Of a stretch of DNA of 64,000 nucleotides, positions 25,655 to 38,600 are shown piece by piece. A program made the translations under genes and the position numbers. Source of the stretch: Dudresnaya verticillata (lineage: Eukaryota); contig OZ374561.1 in assembly GCA_977862235.1 (NCBI GenBank), positions 1,488,001 through 1,552,000 of the forward strand, given 5' to 3'. The notes below the pieces were generated by a model, which did no database searches, was not told the origin of the DNA, and saw only the letters and a program-made list of their open reading frames with translations. How positions within the stretch are numbered: position 1 is the stretch's first letter; each line of letters begins with the position of its first letter.

Positions 25655-26339
25655 TCAGAGTATACATGCAGGCTGCTTATCTGTGGTGAACCACTCTGCG
25701 AAGCATCCTCCACAGTAATTGTCGATGCAGACTTCGGCTTCCTTGCAGGGTGCGGTCTCGGGAGGGCTGCAAGGTTGACGGAAGCAGTCGAACGGCAGTT
25801 TTCCATTCGCACACTGGCACTTTGCACCGCAGCAGACTAGACGGGTGTTTAGAAATGAAATTTCGCTGCGAGTGAGAGCACTGAACGGCTTGATAAACTG
25901 CTCGGTTGGGAATGAACCATGTTGAAAAAAGATCGGTTAGCCCCTTTGATTCAAGAGATGACAGCAAGTGAAGGTACTGTAGGCGAAATTAGTTACTTAC
26001 GTCGCAGGAGATGATGGTTGGGTGGACACCAAAGCGGATCGGCAGAACGTAGGTGATACCGACAGTAAGCGTAACACCGCAGGCAGCGGAGCTGGCGGGG
26101 GTAGAGACGACGAAGATTTTGTTCGGCGAGCAGCCCTTGTAGTTTTTGCGGATATGCAACTTGTACAGGACACCTGATCGGAGAACTCGCTTGGAAATAA
26201 CAAAGGCCGCGACGTAGTTTTTGACGGTGGGATCAAAGTAAGTGCGCTTGATCTTCGGCGGTAGGCATGTGCAGGCTTCTGCTCGGTCAGCGCTCAGTAG
26301 CGCCAGGACAGCGAGGAGGGGAAAGAGCTTTGCAGTCAT
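25655..26339 (-). CDS. Secreted TIMP-like (NTR-domain) metalloproteinase inhibitor, 193 aa, 2 exons: complement(join(25655..25897,26001..26339))
   Basis: Signal peptide MTAKLFPLLAVLALLSADRAEA followed by C-T-C mature start; YKG, TPASSAACGVTL, SCDFIKPFSALT TIMP motifs; 103-nt intron GTAAGT...GCTAAC...CAG gives an in-frame Cys-rich exon 2. Confidence 0.85.
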
Positions 26340-27578
26340 CGTGATGACGTTCTTCAGCGGCAGCGTAGCGTCGAGCGAGTTTACCCAAGGCAATGTAATC
26401 GGCGCAAGTTACAGCCGTGAGGGGCTTCTATGCTGAAGAGCAGAAATTCAAAACGGACGCGAGAAGGACGGTACAGTAGAGGAGCCTTGCGAACGTCATC
26501 CCATACGTACCCTAGAGAGTACTGTATGCGCGCCCCGGTGCAGACTGTGATGTGCCGCACATGCCCCCGTTATGGCCTCGAACCACTTGAAAAAGGGCAA
26601 TCTAATCGTCTGCGTCGTCAACGTGGCCTTCGCCAGCCCGAATGCAACAGCATTGGGGATGAGGAAATTTGGCCTCCACCCAGAATTCATGTGCCGTGTC
26701 CACCGTTCTCTGGCTGGCACCCTCCGCCTTGCGTATCAGCTCCAAGCGACTTGAACGAACCCCTGTTTGTCCTCTAATAACCCCGTTCGAGCTCGCAGCT
26801 GACGCGGCTCCCGGGGCACAGATAGATACGGGCAGCTGGCATCACGGAGCATAGTGGAAACTGTCGACGGGCTGGCATCTAGCTAGACATAGACCAGCAA
26901 CTGGGTACAAGGGTCAAGTTGTCAATGATGTAGAACCAGCACCATGGTCATCGGACCTTGAGGGAGGAGTATGGTAGACATTTAGTTCGCGTTTCCTGAA
27001 AGAACCACCCCGATGATGCCCATCATGCCCTTCATGAAAAATGCAGCCAATTAACTGTATTTGGAAGGACATATGTATTGTAGATATGAGCGAGGCATAC
27101 ATGTACAATAGGTACAGTAGTCGATCGGCAGATCCCGTAGTGTCTAGCAAGAGAAGGCTTCTTAACTCCCTTGTTGAATTTGCACTTGCGTGTACATTAC
27201 ACATTGCACATGACACTGTACTTTTGAATTGGTCGCAGAATGAGTCGTCAGACGGTTGGTTCCAACCAAGACTCTCAGAACAAGTTGCTACTACTGCGCG
27301 CGGATACGTCTTTCAGACACAAGGCGTGGCCAATGGTACTATATTTGACAGAAGCTTATTCGCTGTCGTCCGAGATTTGAGGAGAGTCCTCGGAAGGATG
27401 TTCGGAGACTGTCCGATCTTCGGAGTTCACTGCACTGTAAGAGGCAGTCAGCGGTCAGAAGTTGACGCATCGTTTGCTGCCAACACTTCTCCCAAATACA
27501 CCAACTGCACCATTACTTTAATCTAGAGATGGAGACCTTTATGCATAGGAAAGACTACAGCCCCGTAAGGGGGCTTAT

Positions 27579-30500
27579 CTAAAACTCATCTGAAAGGCGA
27601 CGATCGAAGAGTAAACGGCGGTTAACAGCCACCGCGACAGATTTAAGTACAAGAGAGGTGAGGTGAGTGAGAAGAGATACTTTCTCAGATATCGGCGAAG
27701 TACGCTTCATAGCAGCTAGGAAATTCGCCACGCGCTGAGCGCCTCGATCGAACCCAGAACCAATGGCACCATAGATGTCCATCACCATAGGATGGAGATC
27801 TATCCGGTTGGTAGAACATAAGCGACGATAATGACGGGCTTTAGCTTGCTCGCGGCGGTTAATAGCTTGATGTTGAGAGCGAGGCGTTTTGGACAGTGTA
27901 GTTGGATGGTGTGGGGTCACCACGGAGACGTCAAATGCTTGCGGGAGGGGCGCAAACGCAGGGTCATCAACATAGAGATCCATACGAAGATGGTCACGTC
28001 GGTCTTCTTCGAAACGGTCTTCAGTACGTTGTAATTGACGGGCATCGCGACGCCTTTCTGAAGCTGTGCGTGCAGAAGACGCCATAACTAGGGAATCCCC
28101 AGTCTCCTCTAGGTAGGAAAAGTTGCGTTCAAGCTGAACAGTAACGCCATGGTTCCGAGCAGTATTACGAAAGAAAGCCCCAAGTTGATTTCGGAGGGTA
28201 TCATGGCTGCGAATGCTGCCAGTTCCCGATCGACAGATTGTGGCATGGTGTCCAAAGATATCAAGGAGTGGAACTTCAGCGGATGTGCCATGGAGACAAG
28301 CAGGACAAGGGCGATCACCACGGAAGATCGCCACACCCAGTCTGAGTTTGAGCATGGTGAGCCATATGTCGGGTTGCACGCGGGTAGAAGAAGATGCATA
28401 TGGGAGGGCACTGAAAGGGCGGCTAGAGTTGACAGTAGAGGTAGATTGAATCCGTACTCGGGCACGAGAGCTATGCTGAGTAGTCATCTGGGACATGAGG
28501 TCGTGGCGCAATTTTCGTTGAATATAGGGAAGAAGATCTTGGGACAATGCGGGAACGACACAATGGCCTATGGAAGATGTGGCCGACAAGATAGAAGAAA
28601 CACTGCATTTTTCACGATCTTCACGGAGTAGTTGCTGTTCGCGAATGTTATGAAGAGACGGGGCGAGGAAATTGTGCAAAGTAGGAGAATCAAAAGGTAC
28701 CAGGCATCGGATCCAGGCGAGAGAGGACAGGACGGAGGTGATATAGCTGCAGTGGGCAATGTGACGGGCATTTGTAAGACCTAGTCCACCGTGTCGCATG
28801 GGAAGCGAAAGCATATCCCAGGATTCATCCGACAGTGGAAAGTGTGTGTGTTCAAACACTCCACGCATGCCACAGTCATGTGTTAATGAAATGTATTGGG
28901 ATAGTTGCGGGGGAGTGCATCGCAGTAGGTATGGAAGCTTGGAAGTTCCAGCACAGTAGCGCAATAAATGAAAAACGAGTTGAGGATTATTAAGCTGCTT
29001 CAATTGGGCCCAGAAATATTGGATGGGCTCATGCTTAGTTCTTAGATGTTGTAAACAGCCCTCAGTACTGCCAATAGGGGCGCCCAGAACTGTGATAAAA
29101 GCATGATTGTTGATAGGACAACCCAGGGAGTTGGAACGAGAAACACGACGGGACGATAAAGAAGGCCACCAAGCTTCTGTTTCCCCCACTGCTATGTGCA
29201 GATTGAAACCAATTTTGGGGCCTTGAGTCTTTAGAAACTGGATAACAGCGAAAGCAATAGAACGGGGAACAACAACATGAATGTCATCAGCATATGCAGC
29301 CAGAAGTTTGATGGAGGCGAACGTAGAGAGCATGTTGATGAGCAGGGGATGAATCGCGAGAGCAAAAAGTAGCATGCTCAACGGATCACCCTGCTGTGTA
29401 CCTGTCCGACTGAACAACTGAAACTGACCAAATAGAAGAACGGGCTCAGTTGAGAAAAGAAAATGCACAAACTTTGCAATGCCAGGAGCTCTTTCGATAA
29501 CTTCACTGAGAATAATAGAACGCTCAACACTGTTAAAAGCGTTGGTGGCATCAAGCTAAAGAAGGACATAGTCTTGCTCAGTATTAGACTCCACGAAAGA
29601 ACGTATTGCGTGAATAATAGATTCGGCTCCATGAGGGATTCCCACTGCAAACTGATGAGGAAGAAGGTATTCACGAATAGCATTGTCCTGGGCAATCTTC
29701 TTCATCAACAGGCGGGCAACAAAACGACGAAGGATGCCACCAATGGCAGTAGGACGAAGCTTAGAAACACACGATGGGTACTTCGGAAGACCCAGAAGCA
29801 AGGCACCCCCAAACCAGGCACTGTAGCGAGGAGGTAAAGACCCCGTAGCACATTTGTTGACAAAGACGGTCAGAGCCACGATTGCAGAGTGGGATGGATC
29901 CGAACCACCCGGGGCATGCGTTAACGCCTAAAGATGAAGCGGACGGAGACCATCCGGGCCAGGTGAGCTGTGTACTGGAAGACTTCAAAGAGCCCGTCTT
30001 ACATCCGCCTCGTTGAATGTATATGCAGCTGGGAGTGATTGTGGCAAGCGGGGTTTAACTGGAATTTCCGGACGCGGGTGAAGAGATTCCAGGACCGTCT
30101 TGGTATTGGGATTAGCAATAACAGTAGAAGTAGTAGAGCACAAAGCGCGCGCAGCCTTACTGATGGCCCCCTCGGCCATAAACCGACGGCATTGGCGGAA
30201 AGGATCAACTGTAGGTTGACAAGAAGTATTGGGAAGCGAGGGAAAGGCACTGGAGGCTTGCTCCCAAAGGTCATTCCATTGCCCGCGAATTGCCAGTTGA
30301 ATGCGGTCACGCAAACGGCGAATCAGTGCAGCCTTATTGCCGTTTCTGGGTTCTCCGCGTCCATTAAACCGTAGCACGAGCTTTGCCACAGCACAAATAC
30401 GAGCGAAGCGTTCTTCTTTTTCAGTATATGTAGAAGCGACTGCGAATCGGTTAAAAAGATGGAAGCATAAAGCGTGCCAGTCCGCACGAAGACAATTTGG

Positions 30501-31684
30501 AATATATTTGACGGTGGGGATACGAAGTGCAAAGACGATGTCCGGACGAGGGCATTTTTGAAAGAGGGTTGTTGTTTCTTCCATTACTCAGCCGCAGACA
30601 TCGCAGTGTCGGTTGCATCTGGGCACAAAGCCGACGGAGGAGCGGGCGGATTGGAATCAAGAACAGTGGTCCACCCATCAGAATCGGGTCGAGAATAACG
30701 GGGATACACACGCGATGGTCAGGAAGAAGCAGCGCCCGCCAGAGGTTCGGTAAGACTCGGTAGCGTGCGCCCGAGTGAAGTCATTCGTTCTTCTAATGCT
30801 TCATACTCTGAGCGCAGTGCCAGAGAAAAGTATTTTCGAGGCGCCAAGGTACAGCTTGTAGAGTCGAGATGATTGATCTCATTTCGTAGCGGTCGCGCAA
30901 TTGTATTGATATCTTCACTCGACGTCAATACATTCTTGAGAGCGATTGGTGGTGAAAAGGTCAGATGGGGGGCATCGAAGTTGTCCGATTATTTTGCCAG
31001 AGCAGTAAACAAATTGTACGCAGCTTCTGTGTAGGTGAGATCACGTAGCGAAGCACAGACATAGAACACGGTGAGGTCTTCAGAGCGGACGATAGGACAT
31101 GAGCCAGGGAAACCACCTTGCTTGAGCGCTTTGCGGAATTCAGCAGGCGAAGCAAGCGGGGGAGCGCCAGTGGCAGTACGGACAGCAACAAAGCGCTTTT
31201 GAACCCCACCGAACAAGACGCGGTTCGTACGGCGAACAGAACCTGCGAATTTTCGAGACAGCGGTGTTGTACCAGCATTGGAATGCTCCACGAGGCCCTT
31301 GCGACCCAATACTGGAAGCTGATGAACCGGTTTAGGAGCGGGACCAGTTGTCGTAGCCGCTAAATACGAAGGTCTCGGCGGGGTTGAAGGAGCGGATGAC
31401 GGTTTCGCAGAAACAGCAGAGTCGGCAGAGAAGTGCGAAAAGATGCGAAGCAGGGACTGAAAGTGGGGGTTGCGCTCGAACGTGGGTAAGAGCGCCTTCA
31501 CACGAGGCAGGTCGGCCAGAGTGGAGAGGAAGGTGTCCACAGCGGTAGGATTTTGAAGGTCAACGACCTTGTCCAATAGTGCAGCAGAGGTAGCCATGAA
31601 ATTGACGGTAGCGTGGGTCAAAGCAACAAACGCGTCTTGGTGTACGTCCTGGGTAGAGCGTTTGGCCTGATTGGACGGCGACAT
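27579..31684 (-). pseudogene. Coding region of the CRE-like element: N-terminal region, RT, CCHC finger, PD-(D/E)xK-type RLE; several stops and frameshifts
   Basis: IPTVKYIP, LRPTAIG, HQFAVG, GTQQGDPLS, YADD, LPMRHGGLGL, CPAC..DIFGHHATIC, SHDTLR, RMDL..AFDVSV..REQAKARHY. Confidence 0.9.
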
Positions 31685-32734
31685 ATTGGGAAAAGATAGA
31701 GGGTAACACAGCACTGCGAGATGGAGGCGAACAGGAGTGGAAGCAGCGCCAAGCGTGAAGACGGAACGTGTGGTATAACGGGCGTTGAAGCCCTGTAAGG
31801 AGCCACGTGGACACGAGTCCTCTCTAAGAAATGGCGGGCGCACAACCGCCCGGGTGATATGGCTGGCGCTCAGATTGATTTCATTGCTGAAAGCGCTCCT
31901 GCGCTGTAAGGCAACACGTGTACAGAGTTAATCTGTAAGGCACATTGCTGATATGGCACTGTGCCATTTGGTGATTAACTATGGCCGCACCATCGCGCCA
32001 TGCATTGCTGGCGGATGTTTGCCCCGTGGCGCCTGACAGTGGCGCCGCGCTGGCCCTGTGGCCTGACCACTCATTCCTATCTAAGGATGTATCATACCTG
32101 TATTGTACAGCATCAGCTAAGTATTAGCCATAGAGCTCTAACTGAGCGAGTAGCACTTTTCGGCTCTCGCCGTATTTATGGGGCCCCTGAGTAGCAGGGG
32201 CCCGGCACTAAACCAGCAGCGGTCTGTGCCTTGGGTTTTCCCCTTTTTGGACGCTTACGGTGCTACCGCTACAACTTCCCTTTGGGCGTCTACAAGCCCT
32301 GTCGTCTACGACGGATTGCTCTATTCAGCAGGGTTCGCCTTTCCCTTTTTCCTTTGTTAGGGCTTTAAGCCCTTTCAAGTCTCTACCACCCCTTTACCGA
32401 GCTACCAACCACGCGAGTGGGATCGCTCTTTGAGGACAGCTGTCGTGCCGTGTCGCCGTCTCTGTTGGCTTCAAAGCCATTCTACTACAGTGGTCTCCCG
32501 ACCTAGAACAAGTTCTCAGGGTCGGACCCTTTTTCTACCTTATCCTCGACGGGTCGAGTCAAGCTATTCAAGACAGGACGTTGTCCGTTGAAGTTTCAAG
32601 AATCTTCCTTCGAAGGGTAAAACCCTAGTCGTCTAATTGTCGACGGTTTCTACGCTTTATATTAAGCTCCGGAGTGACGTCAAATCTTGTGAGCAAGCAA
32701 ACTACATTTAACGGTTTTAAAACCGTCCCCAGAA

Positions 32735-35607
32735 GTGTCCCTCAACGGCGGATTGACGCCCGGGTTGAGCCCGCTTCAACAGGTTTTCCGTGCAACCTGC
32801 GAAAACACGTGTAATCTTACGGTTCTGGACCGTCGAGAAGCTTGGGAAGAAGTCCCCGCTACCTCATCGGCAGAGCCGAGAACAAGAGTGGCAATAGTGC
32901 CAACTTCTAATGGCGATACTACCCGGCCCGGACTATCGAGCCGGGGAGCAAGCCGAACAGGCAGTCTTGCCTCCGTGAGAACGACTGGGGTACGCACCCG
33001 CGCAACCTCTACCGCTCTCGCAGTTAATCCCGTAATGGGTCAGCCGGGACACCCTCCTCGAATGACGGGCGCCCCGGCTGGAGAAGAAATACCTGGACCA
33101 GGAAGGGACCAGGTCCCGGAAGGAGAATATACGGTTCGAACCGTGGAAGAAGTCCCCACCAACATCGGGGAGAATGAGGATTCGAACCCTGGAATGATGC
33201 CGCCGCCTCTGGCTTTAGCCAGCCAGCAAGCCATAGGCGGACGAGCCCAATATGATGATATCACGGCCGCCCCGGACGTAGGGCTGCCGTCAAGAACGAA
33301 GTACAATTCGTCGGACGTCCGCTGCTTTACAGAGCGCGAAATAGGACGAATGGTCGAATTGGGAATCGAGAGATCATTGACGACGAGTGTCGTGGCGCTC
33401 CTGGAGAGTCAAGCCGATGACACCTTTCTAAAGGTCAAGCGATATATCGACGAGGCGTCGACGCGCCGTGACGACCGCCTTTTGGCTAAGTGCCAACAGG
33501 AGATGGAATCTCGATTCCGGCAAGGTCCTCTTAGAGGACTAGAAGAAGAGAGGGTCGAAACCCTGCAAGCGCAAATGGACTCACTAGGTGACCAATTGGA
33601 CGCCGTCCATGGAAACCTCCATACGCTTACAAAGGTCACCGACCTAACTCGAGAAGAAGCCGCATTGGCTATTGAAGACGTTCGACGAAACGTAGACGAC
33701 ACCAGGTGTGTCGAACAAGACAGAGCTATTGAGCTCCTGAGACAGGAGCTTGAAGCTGAAAAGCGGAAGTTAACGTTGCTGGAAGCAAGGATGCGACGAC
33801 TCAGTCGCGAGAGTGATTTAATCCCTGAGGTCGAGCGGCGACGCTCCCCCGTGCCCGCGGCACGAGGGACCGTCGCAGGAAGTCTCCAAGACGTGACTCG
33901 GAGGGGGAGTCTGGACAGGACGACCTTAGTCGTAGGAAGTCCACACACCCCCGGTGTGATTGCCGATCATCGCACGGTCCCACTGTACGTCGAAATACAC
34001 GGGACGCCCGTCAGGACCGGCTTTCAAGCCGTAATGATGAGGGGCAGCGTCGAAACGCCTCATACCCAGCGCCGATGCAATCGGACGAGGACGAGCCAAC
34101 GTCACGAGGTCTTTCAAGACCCTCTTGGAGCTCCTGGCGAGGACCGCGTCGCGCGGGAATCAAGGAGTTAACTCCACGAAACCCGGCGTTCATTCAGGTA
34201 CTTTCGTATCGGAGATACCGATTATTGAATGTCGATGCATATCGTGGGCCCGAGGTAACGGAAGCCACCTCGAAAAAGATCAGGCGGATTAAATCCGTAA
34301 TGAGGAGTCGGCGATTCGATGGGCGAGATCCAGTTTCCATCATAGGCTTTCTAGCCACTTTGAAGAGACAGTTGGACCAAGCCCAAGTGAGTGAAGGAGC
34401 GGCCATCCTGGTCATACCTGAATTCCTTGAAAAGGACGCGAAGGACATGTTCGAAGCAAATTTCGACGCGGCCGGAGACGACAACGGCGGATTCAATGAG
34501 TGGCCTGAGGCCATAAATTACCTCTTGCGGACTTACGCCAAAGACGTTTACATTGAACAGATTTCTTCTGAAATGGATACGATGACCCAAGGGTCAGAGG
34601 AAGACGAAGTCTCTTTTTCAAGACGTCTACAGAATAAGGCGCGAAAGGTCGCCGGAGTCTATTCGGAACAAGACTTGATAACGCGTTTTATACGTGGGCT
34701 ACTACCAGCGGTAAAACCGCTTCTAAGTACGTCCTCTCTGGACCCACGCTCAGCGCGACTAGCCGACTATGTCGAATTGGCGACAGCTCAGGGAGATTCG
34801 CACCGCGCCCTAGCGAGTGGTACTCGTCTCAAGAAGGCGAGCTCCTCGCTACCTCGCAAAACCCTGGCACGGGTCAAGACACACCAGTCTGGAAGAGCGC
34901 TCCTCATTCGGCAAAATAGGACTCAACAGTCCTCAGACACCGATTCCTCGAAGAGCAGCAGTTCGGAGGCCGACAGTGAGGATGCAGTGGTTGCAGCCAT
35001 TGATCACGAAGCGCCTCCGTCCAGCGTAACCCAATCAGACTCGTGGTCTGCCGCGTTGAGTGACCACCCATACCATGACGATGTGGACGCAGTCCTTCAG
35101 AACTACAACCACAGGATGCCTGCGTGGGCTCAGCCCCCAAGGACACAACGTCCGGGTTGGGTGGCTGTCGAAGACAGGCCAAATGACATATGCTTCGAGT
35201 GTCTGGGCGTGGGCCATAAAAAGCCGAATTGCCCATATCTGGCTCGTACGGATGAACCGTCATTTGAGGTACTAAAACGCCAGCAGTTTTATCAACTGTC
35301 TCGCGAACAGAAGGCATGGTTAGCCACCATAGGGCGACTGCCTGATTTCGCCCCGGGGAATACCCGTAGGGAACAACCCGACTATGCGTCGCCAGGACGT
35401 GGAGCAGGGCCATCGAGGGGGCCTCCTCAAAATTTGGGGTCTGCCCCAAGCCGAAATGGCCATGTCCAATTTCAAGGGGGATTGAATCATCCAGTGGACA
35501 CTCCGAGACATACGCCGACGGCGCCACGGTCGCCAAGACCTGGCTCCCGAAGCCTTCCGCCGCCTCCACCACTTCCGCAGTCGCCTGCTAGTAGGCCGAA
35601 AAACTAG
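32735..35607 (+). pseudogene. gag: gag of element D (one frameshift near 34000)
   Basis: ORFs 32735-34171 and 34075-35607; LSYRRYRL..FDGRDPVSIIGFL core; CFECLGVGHKKPNC knuckle; true start uncertain. Confidence 0.85.
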
Positions 35608-35663
35608 CAAGGGGGGAACCGGTTTCGGTCCACTGGGCGACTCCAGTCGTATCGGAACCCCCC
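35598..35663 (+). promoter_or_regulatory. -1 ribosomal frameshift signal of element D
   Basis: G AAA AAC TAG at the gag end; the -1 frame is open into the protease ORF; stem GGGGGG-AA-CCGGT...ATCGG-AA-CCCCCC with inner ACTGG/CCAGT hairpin. Confidence 0.7.
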
Positions 35664-38600
35664 GATCGCTCCGAGGAATGTCATTTCCTATGTCCTCCCT
35701 CACCCGAACGATCGGTCTCGCGGGAACTCCCGCTTCCTCTTCCAAAGAAGGTTTTAGCACGCCCCGTGGGCTTACCCCCCGGGTGCAAGTATGATGAGTA
35801 CATTAAGGACCCAGTGTGCGAGCTATCGAGATACAACTATAAAGTTGTCGCGTCCGTTGGGACCTCTGTTGAAAACATGACTCAAGTCCTTTCAGTTCTG
35901 GACACGGGCGCAGAACCAAATCTCATCAGAGCTGACGTGCTCTCTTTGGACGACCGGAAGAAGGTTTCCTCGACTCAGTCGATCGTCAACCTTACCTCGG
36001 CATCAAGCCACCGCTTACCAACATTAGGAATGATCTCCCTCGTCGTCAAGATTGGAATCTACACGGTCCATCAACCCTTCGTCGTGGTTTCGGCGCTAGC
36101 CGTCGATATGATACTAGGATGCACCTATATCGATAGTCACGTCGAACAACTTCGAGTGCGTAAGCAACATGTCGTCTTACGTGACGGTTCCGTACACCCC
36201 ATTCTACGACGGCGATGCGGTATCCCGAGAGCCACACGCTCTGGCGAAACCATGGAGGTCCCTCCACTAACTACTTCTCGCCTCGTGCGAGTTGCTCACA
36301 CAACTAACTTACAACCCGGTTCGGAAACCTGGGTCGCGGTATCCTGTACCGCAAAAGGAACACACTTCTTGGATTCTTTACAACGTCTTTACGACCGTCA
36401 GCAAGTGGTCGTCACGAATGGAATCGTCAAGGTACAAGAGAACGTCCTCTTCCGTGTTAAGATCGCTAACTTCTCTCCCTGCGTGCAGCGGTTAACCAAG
36501 AACCAAGTTATTGGTCGCGCCGTTCCCGCTCCGACGGCCACACCGGTTTATACTCTTTCCATCGACGATGTCCCCGACAATACGGACCCGAAGCCACAGG
36601 ACTCGAGTCCTCCTACCGATACATCGTTCGATGTAGCGGGGGCAGGGCTAGCTGCTGCTCTTGGCGCGGCCAACTCCAAATTAGGTGTCAAAACCGCCAC
36701 CGAGAAGCTCACAGTCGACGACTTGGAATTAGAACACCTATCCCCGTCTGACAGGCGCCGCGTTCGCAAAATGTTGCGTCCGTTCGCCGACATGTGGAAC
36801 GGGAAATTAGGAACCATCAAGGTCACGGAGCACCGTATTGAGCTCACAGAAGGTTCCAAACCTGTATTCGCACAACCCTATCGTTCAGGGCCGAAAGCGC
36901 GACAAGCGGAGCAGGACGAGGTCGATAAGATGCTCAAGGATCAAGGAAGGAGTCATAGAGCCAGCACGCTCTGAATTCGCAAGTCCAGTGGTGCTGGTTA
37001 AGAAGCCTGACGGATCCCTCCGGTTCTGTGTCGATTACAGGAAACTGAACGCGATTACCATCAAGGATTCGTATCCTCTACCGCGCATGGATGAGTGCTT
37101 GGACTCCTTGGGCGACGCCCAGTATTTCACCACCCTCGATTGCAATTCTGGCTACTGGCAAATACCAGTCGCGGCTGAAGATAAGCCCAAGACAGCGTTC
37201 ACCTGTCATGCTGGTTGCTTTCAGTTCTGCCAATGCCATTCGGACTGTGCAACGCACCGGCGACGTTTCAACGAACGGTTGATATTCTATTATCGGGACA
37301 CAGATGGAAATCCTGCCTCTTCTATTTGGATGACATCATAGTCTTTTCCAAGAGTGTCGACGAACACATAGGGCACGTTCAAGAGATACTCTCCGTATTG
37401 AAGCAAGCAGGCGTATCGCTCAAGCTCAAGAAATGTAATTTCTTTACAAAGAGTGTGGACTACCTCGGACATGTGATCCGACCAGGGCTGCTGGAGGTGG
37501 CTACCAAAAACACCCAAGCTATCGAAGGTTTCAAGGAGCCTACGACTCAGACACAACTAAGGTCGTTTATTGGAGTGTGTAACGTCTATCGACGCTTCGT
37601 ACCGAATTTCGCTAGGGTTGCGTCTCCGCTTAATAGGCTTTTACAGAAGGATGTCGGGTTCAACTTACCCCCGTTTGATGAACGGCAACGCGAAGCCTTC
37701 GCCCTGTTGAAGAAAGCACTCATAGCGCCACCGATCCTCCGGCTTCCTAAGGAAGATAGACCTCTCTCGGTAGATACCGACGCGTGTGATTATCAGATAG
37801 GGTGTGCCCTTATGCAGATGGAGCCAGATGGCACACGCCACCCGATCGGTTTCTGGAGCCGAGGCCTTACCCAGGCTGAGCGGAATTATTCCGTTGGAGA
37901 AAAGGAGTGTCTCGCAGTAGTCTGGGCCACACAAATGCTCAGACCGTATTTGGAAAGGTCGCATTTTGACCTCTATACCGACCACCAAGCGCTCAAGTGG
38001 ATGATGAGTATGACCGACGCATCAGGACGTCTAGCGCGCTGGCGCTTACGACTCTTGGAGTACGACTTTATGGTTCAATACCGTAAGGGAAACGAGAACC
38101 AGATAGCAGACGCCGTCTCGCGACTACCCACTTATGGATTCACCAGTTGGGAACCGGACCTAGAGATCCCTTGCTTCATTATCGCCGACAGCGAGCGCGA
38201 GGGATTTCCCGATCGTCCTTCCGAAGGAAATGCTAGAACCGACACCGAGCCGCGACCTTTGGAGGTTTGGGAAGTCGAACCCGAGGACCACTTAGCCGAG
38301 TTTGAATTCGAGGATGAGCAGTTGATAGCCACGGTGGCTGAAAAGGAAGTGGACGAGAAGAGTCTATCTCTGATTACGGTGGAAGAACTACTTCGCACGC
38401 AATTGACAGATCCCTTCTGCAAGGGTATTAAGCTGGCCATCGAGACTGGAAAGCCAGGCTGTTACCTCGAAGACGAAAGGGGACTTTTAGTCCGACGGTC
38501 TTATATCGACAAAACTTTGCAGGTAATGATACCTCTGGTCCTTCAAGAACGGGTTCTACACCTGGCGCACTATCCCGAGATGGCAGGCCATCCCGGTGGC

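Noticed and set aside
30989..31843. N-terminal extension of the 284-aa ORF
   Set aside because: Its start lies within the LTR of element D; the likely start is the ATG at 31684
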